Origin: Bigelowiella natans CCMP2755
Lineage: Eukaryota > Protista > Cercozoa
NCBI GenBank assembly: GCA_000320545.1
Contig: ADNK01001969.1
Coordinates: 1-39,144, forward strand
Length of the DNA: 39,144 nucleotides
Direction: 5' to 3'
The notes under the pieces were generated by a model. It was not told the origin of the DNA. It did not search any database and saw nothing but the letters and a program-made list of their open reading frames with translations. A program made the translations under genes and the position numbers. This document shows positions 35,300 through 39,144 of the stretch, piece after piece. The stretch's first letter is position 1. Every line of letters begins with the position of its first letter.

Positions 35300-37156
35300 C
35301 CAAGAAATGTTGCATAAATTAGAGTCTCGAGGAATCGTAAGCATTCGTCCAAACCCCAAGTTGGCACGGATAAATCATACCGTTACAGTGGAAAATATTT
35401 GAGAAGGAATATTTTGTTAGCCTTAGTCATTTCTTCCACTAGATGATTTGACACGCCATTTGCCTAGTACAGGAAGGCGTCGTCTCTGAGTTCCCCCCCC
35501 TTATGTTGATCTGGCGAAGATTGTACAGGAATTCGGTCGAGGGTGAACGAAAGACACCGGAAGAACTAAATTTCCCTAAGGTGCGTTGTGATCTCTGTTC
35601 CGTGTGGGGTGGGGTAGAGGCCTCTTTCTCGAGTGATTTGGCTAGTTCGGCGTGATCGGCCTTGAATTGTGGTATCATCCACGGCTTTCCCCCTTGTTCC
35701 GGGGCTGTGGAAGAAGCTGATGAAGATGGAGTCATCATTGTGGTGCGACATATGTCTGAACAAAATGTCTTGTCTTTGTATAAGTAAGTCGTGTTGCCCT
35801 GGAATAGGAAGTTACCAGAAATAACAAAGATTATGACTCTTGCAGCGATAGAATTTCGAGTTTTTGCCTGGCATGTCTTTGGGTATTAAAGTTGATGTCA
35901 AAGATTAGATGTTAATGAAATTTAACCTTCAAGATTTTATGGCATGCGAAGCATTCACCCGCCATGGAGCTTTCATTTGAAGCCATTGACTTTGACAGGT
36001 CCTTAAAAACAGGACACATTATCTTTAGTTTCTAGACGCTATATGATCTTGTTTATGGGTACTAACTTCACCTCCAGTCCCACTGACAACTATTATGAGT
36101 ACTTTTGATGATCTGACTTTGGAAATTGGCGGGTCTAAACTAAAAGGAAGAAACACAGAAGAGCTCAAACGACTAGTCATTTTCACCAAGATCAACTGGT
36201 GCCAAGCTCCGGCACGAGCCTTCCCACCCGTCGAAGTCGATTTTCTCGATTGCCAAGGAGATTTTCAGCGCAATAGCCCAACAGTGGATGTCAAGGTCCT
36301 CAATTATGTTTTTTGTGTTTTTCAGCGGACCACTCCACCATGGCCTGGGATCGTGCTCGAAGGAAGAATATGGATTCAGCTATAATGTACGGACACGTTG
36401 ATACAACCAAAAAATAAAATAGATGATAATTCCTGTGTACGACAATCATACTTATCAACATATCCTCTTGGCACGCCACAAAATCACATTATTTGTCACT
36501 GTCGAAAACTGGTTTTAAGGATTTTAGGCAATTACATGCAGAATAGTATCAAATTGGCACAAAGATAGGCCGTTTAGGATCTAATCGGCCCCGATCTCCT
36601 CGTCGCAATCAGATGTTGTGTGTGTACGACAATGGCACGTGAATACCCCTTCCAGATCTACTACATGTATATGTAACATGTAGCTTGGATACGAAACTGG
36701 GCAACGAATACATCCGTTGGTTGGGTCGGAATATTTTCCTTGTCGTATCGATATTTACGCTTGCCTTTTTCATTAATGTTGAAGATATTTTCCATCAATC
36801 TCACTTGCTGTCACATATACCGGTACATGTAGATCTACAGATCTAGATCTAGATATCCATGGATGGACATCCTGGACATGTAAAATCACGTAGAAAGAAC
36901 ATGCTCCAGAAAAGGAAAATCTTCCCGTTTCTGTGGTGGGGAATCGAATAGCATGAATGAACGACCGAATTAAGTAATTCCAGAGTTGCCAAGTGCAAGC
37001 CGATTTTTTGGAAAATACTGCGCAGCCATACGTCGTAGCAAAAAACCCTATGTGTTTCCTCTCTTGCGACAACCACGCACGAGTGAAACGCAAGTTCACC
37101 TCGACTCTTCCAGAACATTTCCATACCCCGAGAATTTCGAAATATCCTGAGAACAT
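35300..37156 (-). CDS. Possible hypothetical multi-exon protein
   Basis: Coding-like minus segments (35439-35738; ~36230-36380 LNPYSSFEHDPRPWWSGPLK..; ~36065-36140; ~37000-37150) with splice-like borders. No domain recognised. Confidence 0.3.
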
Positions 37157-37329
37157 CGACGCGAACTGCTTTCCCTAATAATCAGCAATGGACAGAAGAT
37201 CGCAATAAACACGAAACCATTTTATGTTGAAGTCGGCTTAAAAATTGGAGTTAATTTCTCAAAACAGCTCCTTGTTCACCTCGTTGATCGACGTCATCAA
37301 GGAGCAAAGAGGAGTTGTGATCATCAGCA

Positions 37330-39144
37330 ATGCGTATTCGGCCCAGGACTGGGATAGGGGGGCCAGGGGGGCTGGGGGCTCTTAATAAGACGAGAGATAT
37401 GGAAGCAGGGACCTCGCGTGGTGGAGTTGGCCGGCGAAGACCAAGAGCATTTCCCATCCTCGTCATGCTGACTCTGGTCATAGCGGGGGCGTTCGCACTG
37501 TTTTTACTGGATGAGGCAGTGCACTTTGGGCCAACTAGAGCTTCGAATCCGGAGAACTCTCAGCTGTTCTCTTGGACAACGAGTTCACACAGTAATGACT
37601 CTCCTTAAGCACATGGTTTTATATGAACTGCTTCCAGTAGTCGAATCACCTAACCTTCTATATCTGAAACTTAGACAAGTCAAAAGAGCCTACGGGCGAC
37701 GCTGGACCTGGCTCAACCAAGAAGCAGGATATCATTGTATAGCTCTCATCGCACAAGAAGAATGCTGCAAATAGACGATAAAACTGCGTCATGCCGAGCC
37801 TGCTTAACAGCCATGCACAACCCCATCTGTCATCCGTTGAATACGGGAAAAATACCACATCTGAATCATCCTGAGTCTTTTTGCTGTGTTATTCCACCAA
37901 TATTGGTCAGATGAAAAGTGATACGCCCAGTCCTGAAGTGCACCATGGCTTCGTTTGGAGCGAAGACCAGAAGTTTGTCGCAGTTGACCGCTACCTGATC
38001 AACGTAGAAGGGAGCGTGAAGGTCGTGATACTGGGAGATGGTACTGTACCGATTGACTTCAAGGAAAATAATATCGCGTTGGCAAAGTTCACATGCTCTT
38101 TCGGCGAGCATAAAGGCAAGCCTGCAAGGGTAGACCCAAGCCTTTCTATCCGCTCTTTGACCCTCTCTCTCTCTCTCGCCTCTTTTCTGTCCGTTTCTGA
38201 CTCTTCCCTCTTCCTCGACGTTAGGTTGCAATGATGCGAGGGCACAAGAGAATTTCCGACCACTACGACACCAAGAAACAGTATGCGTTTTCTACAAACG
38301 GCGACAACTTCAAGGCGATGCTAATCTATTGCAACATTCCCGTCAAACTGGATGATGCTGCTGCTAGGATCAACTCCATACCTCTCACGCTTGAAGGGAA
38401 AGGCTTCAAGCTCACGGTCTCCACACCTTTTGTTGACTTACGTGAAACGACCACACGCATACCGAGCAGCTTAGAGAGCCTTGGCCCCCCGCCTCCCGTT
38501 GGAAGCATGCGGGATGACATCGGGCAGTATCGCCTCACGCTGTGCTTGTGCCCTGTGTACGGCGTGAAAAGTGCGCGATGGTTGATCGAATATCTCGAGT
38601 ATCATAGAGCCGCAGGTAAAGCAGTACGAATAGTAGTAGTTGCTGCGAGTGCTTCTTCGTTTGCGAGCCTCGAGAGCGCCGACGTCGCATTGACATCATC
38701 ATCCCAATGAAACGCAAGCCGCCATCACCACGCCTCTGCTCTATTCTTACACCTCATTAAATCTGCTGCCACCACCTGCTACATCACACCATATTAGGGG
38801 TAGGACATGTCCATCTGTATTCATACGACGACCTCCACTCCTCTGTCATATCCGACACCGTACGTGCGTATCGAGAGCAAGGCTTCGTAACACCGCACGA
38901 TTGGTCGCACACGTCGAGCAAAGGGTTTACCCAAGGCCACACCTATGAGCACGCAAAGTTCACGGCGATGACAGGTATACTGTAGAACGACGAATTTATA
39001 AGCGGGGGGGGGGGCGGGTTGGGATCATGTTGGGCGATGGTTTTATATCCTGCGCGAGCAGCCCTGTGCCCCTCTGGCTTCTTAGGAGAGAAACAAGCCA
39101 TCAGTGTCTTTTCCCGTTGCGAATCTCTTTAGACCGATAATATA
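37330..39144 (+). CDS. Glycosyltransferase family 92-like type II membrane protein (3' partial)
   Basis: N-terminal TM ILVMLTLVIAGAFALFLL. LTLCLCPVYG..WLIEYLEYHRAAG|VGHVHLY..YREQGFVTPHDW..KFTAMT matches the GT92 pattern by eye. Confidence 0.7.

Overview
Intron-rich eukaryotic (protist/algal-like) nuclear DNA. The centre holds a near-intact Ty3/Gypsy-order LTR retrotransposon on the minus strand (14133-20185): two 326-bp LTRs differing at one base, an 18-nt PBS, a PPT and a single gag-PR-RT-RH-IN frame broken by a 1-bp loss and a 338-bp tandem duplication. The element has four unusual properties. Its Pol ends in a domain that aligns by eye with the Dam-like N6-adenine methyltransferase (MT) domain of DIRS elements, with altered catalytic motifs. 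Its integrase has a D-x27-E core. It has no target-site duplication, and both junctions share CAT. It carries an internal PPT copy exactly where the duplication starts. It sits in TpA-depleted flanks that appear to be 5' exons of a WW/PDZ gene. Host genes: proline-rich hypothetical gene(s), a YqaJ/lambda-exonuclease-like protein with catalytic substitutions, the WW+PDZ protein, MED13, NIT2-like omega-amidase, COQ7-like di-iron hydroxylase, a TauE/SafE transporter and a GT92-like glycosyltransferase. All family calls are motif recognition by eye, not database searches, and most exon boundaries are approximate.
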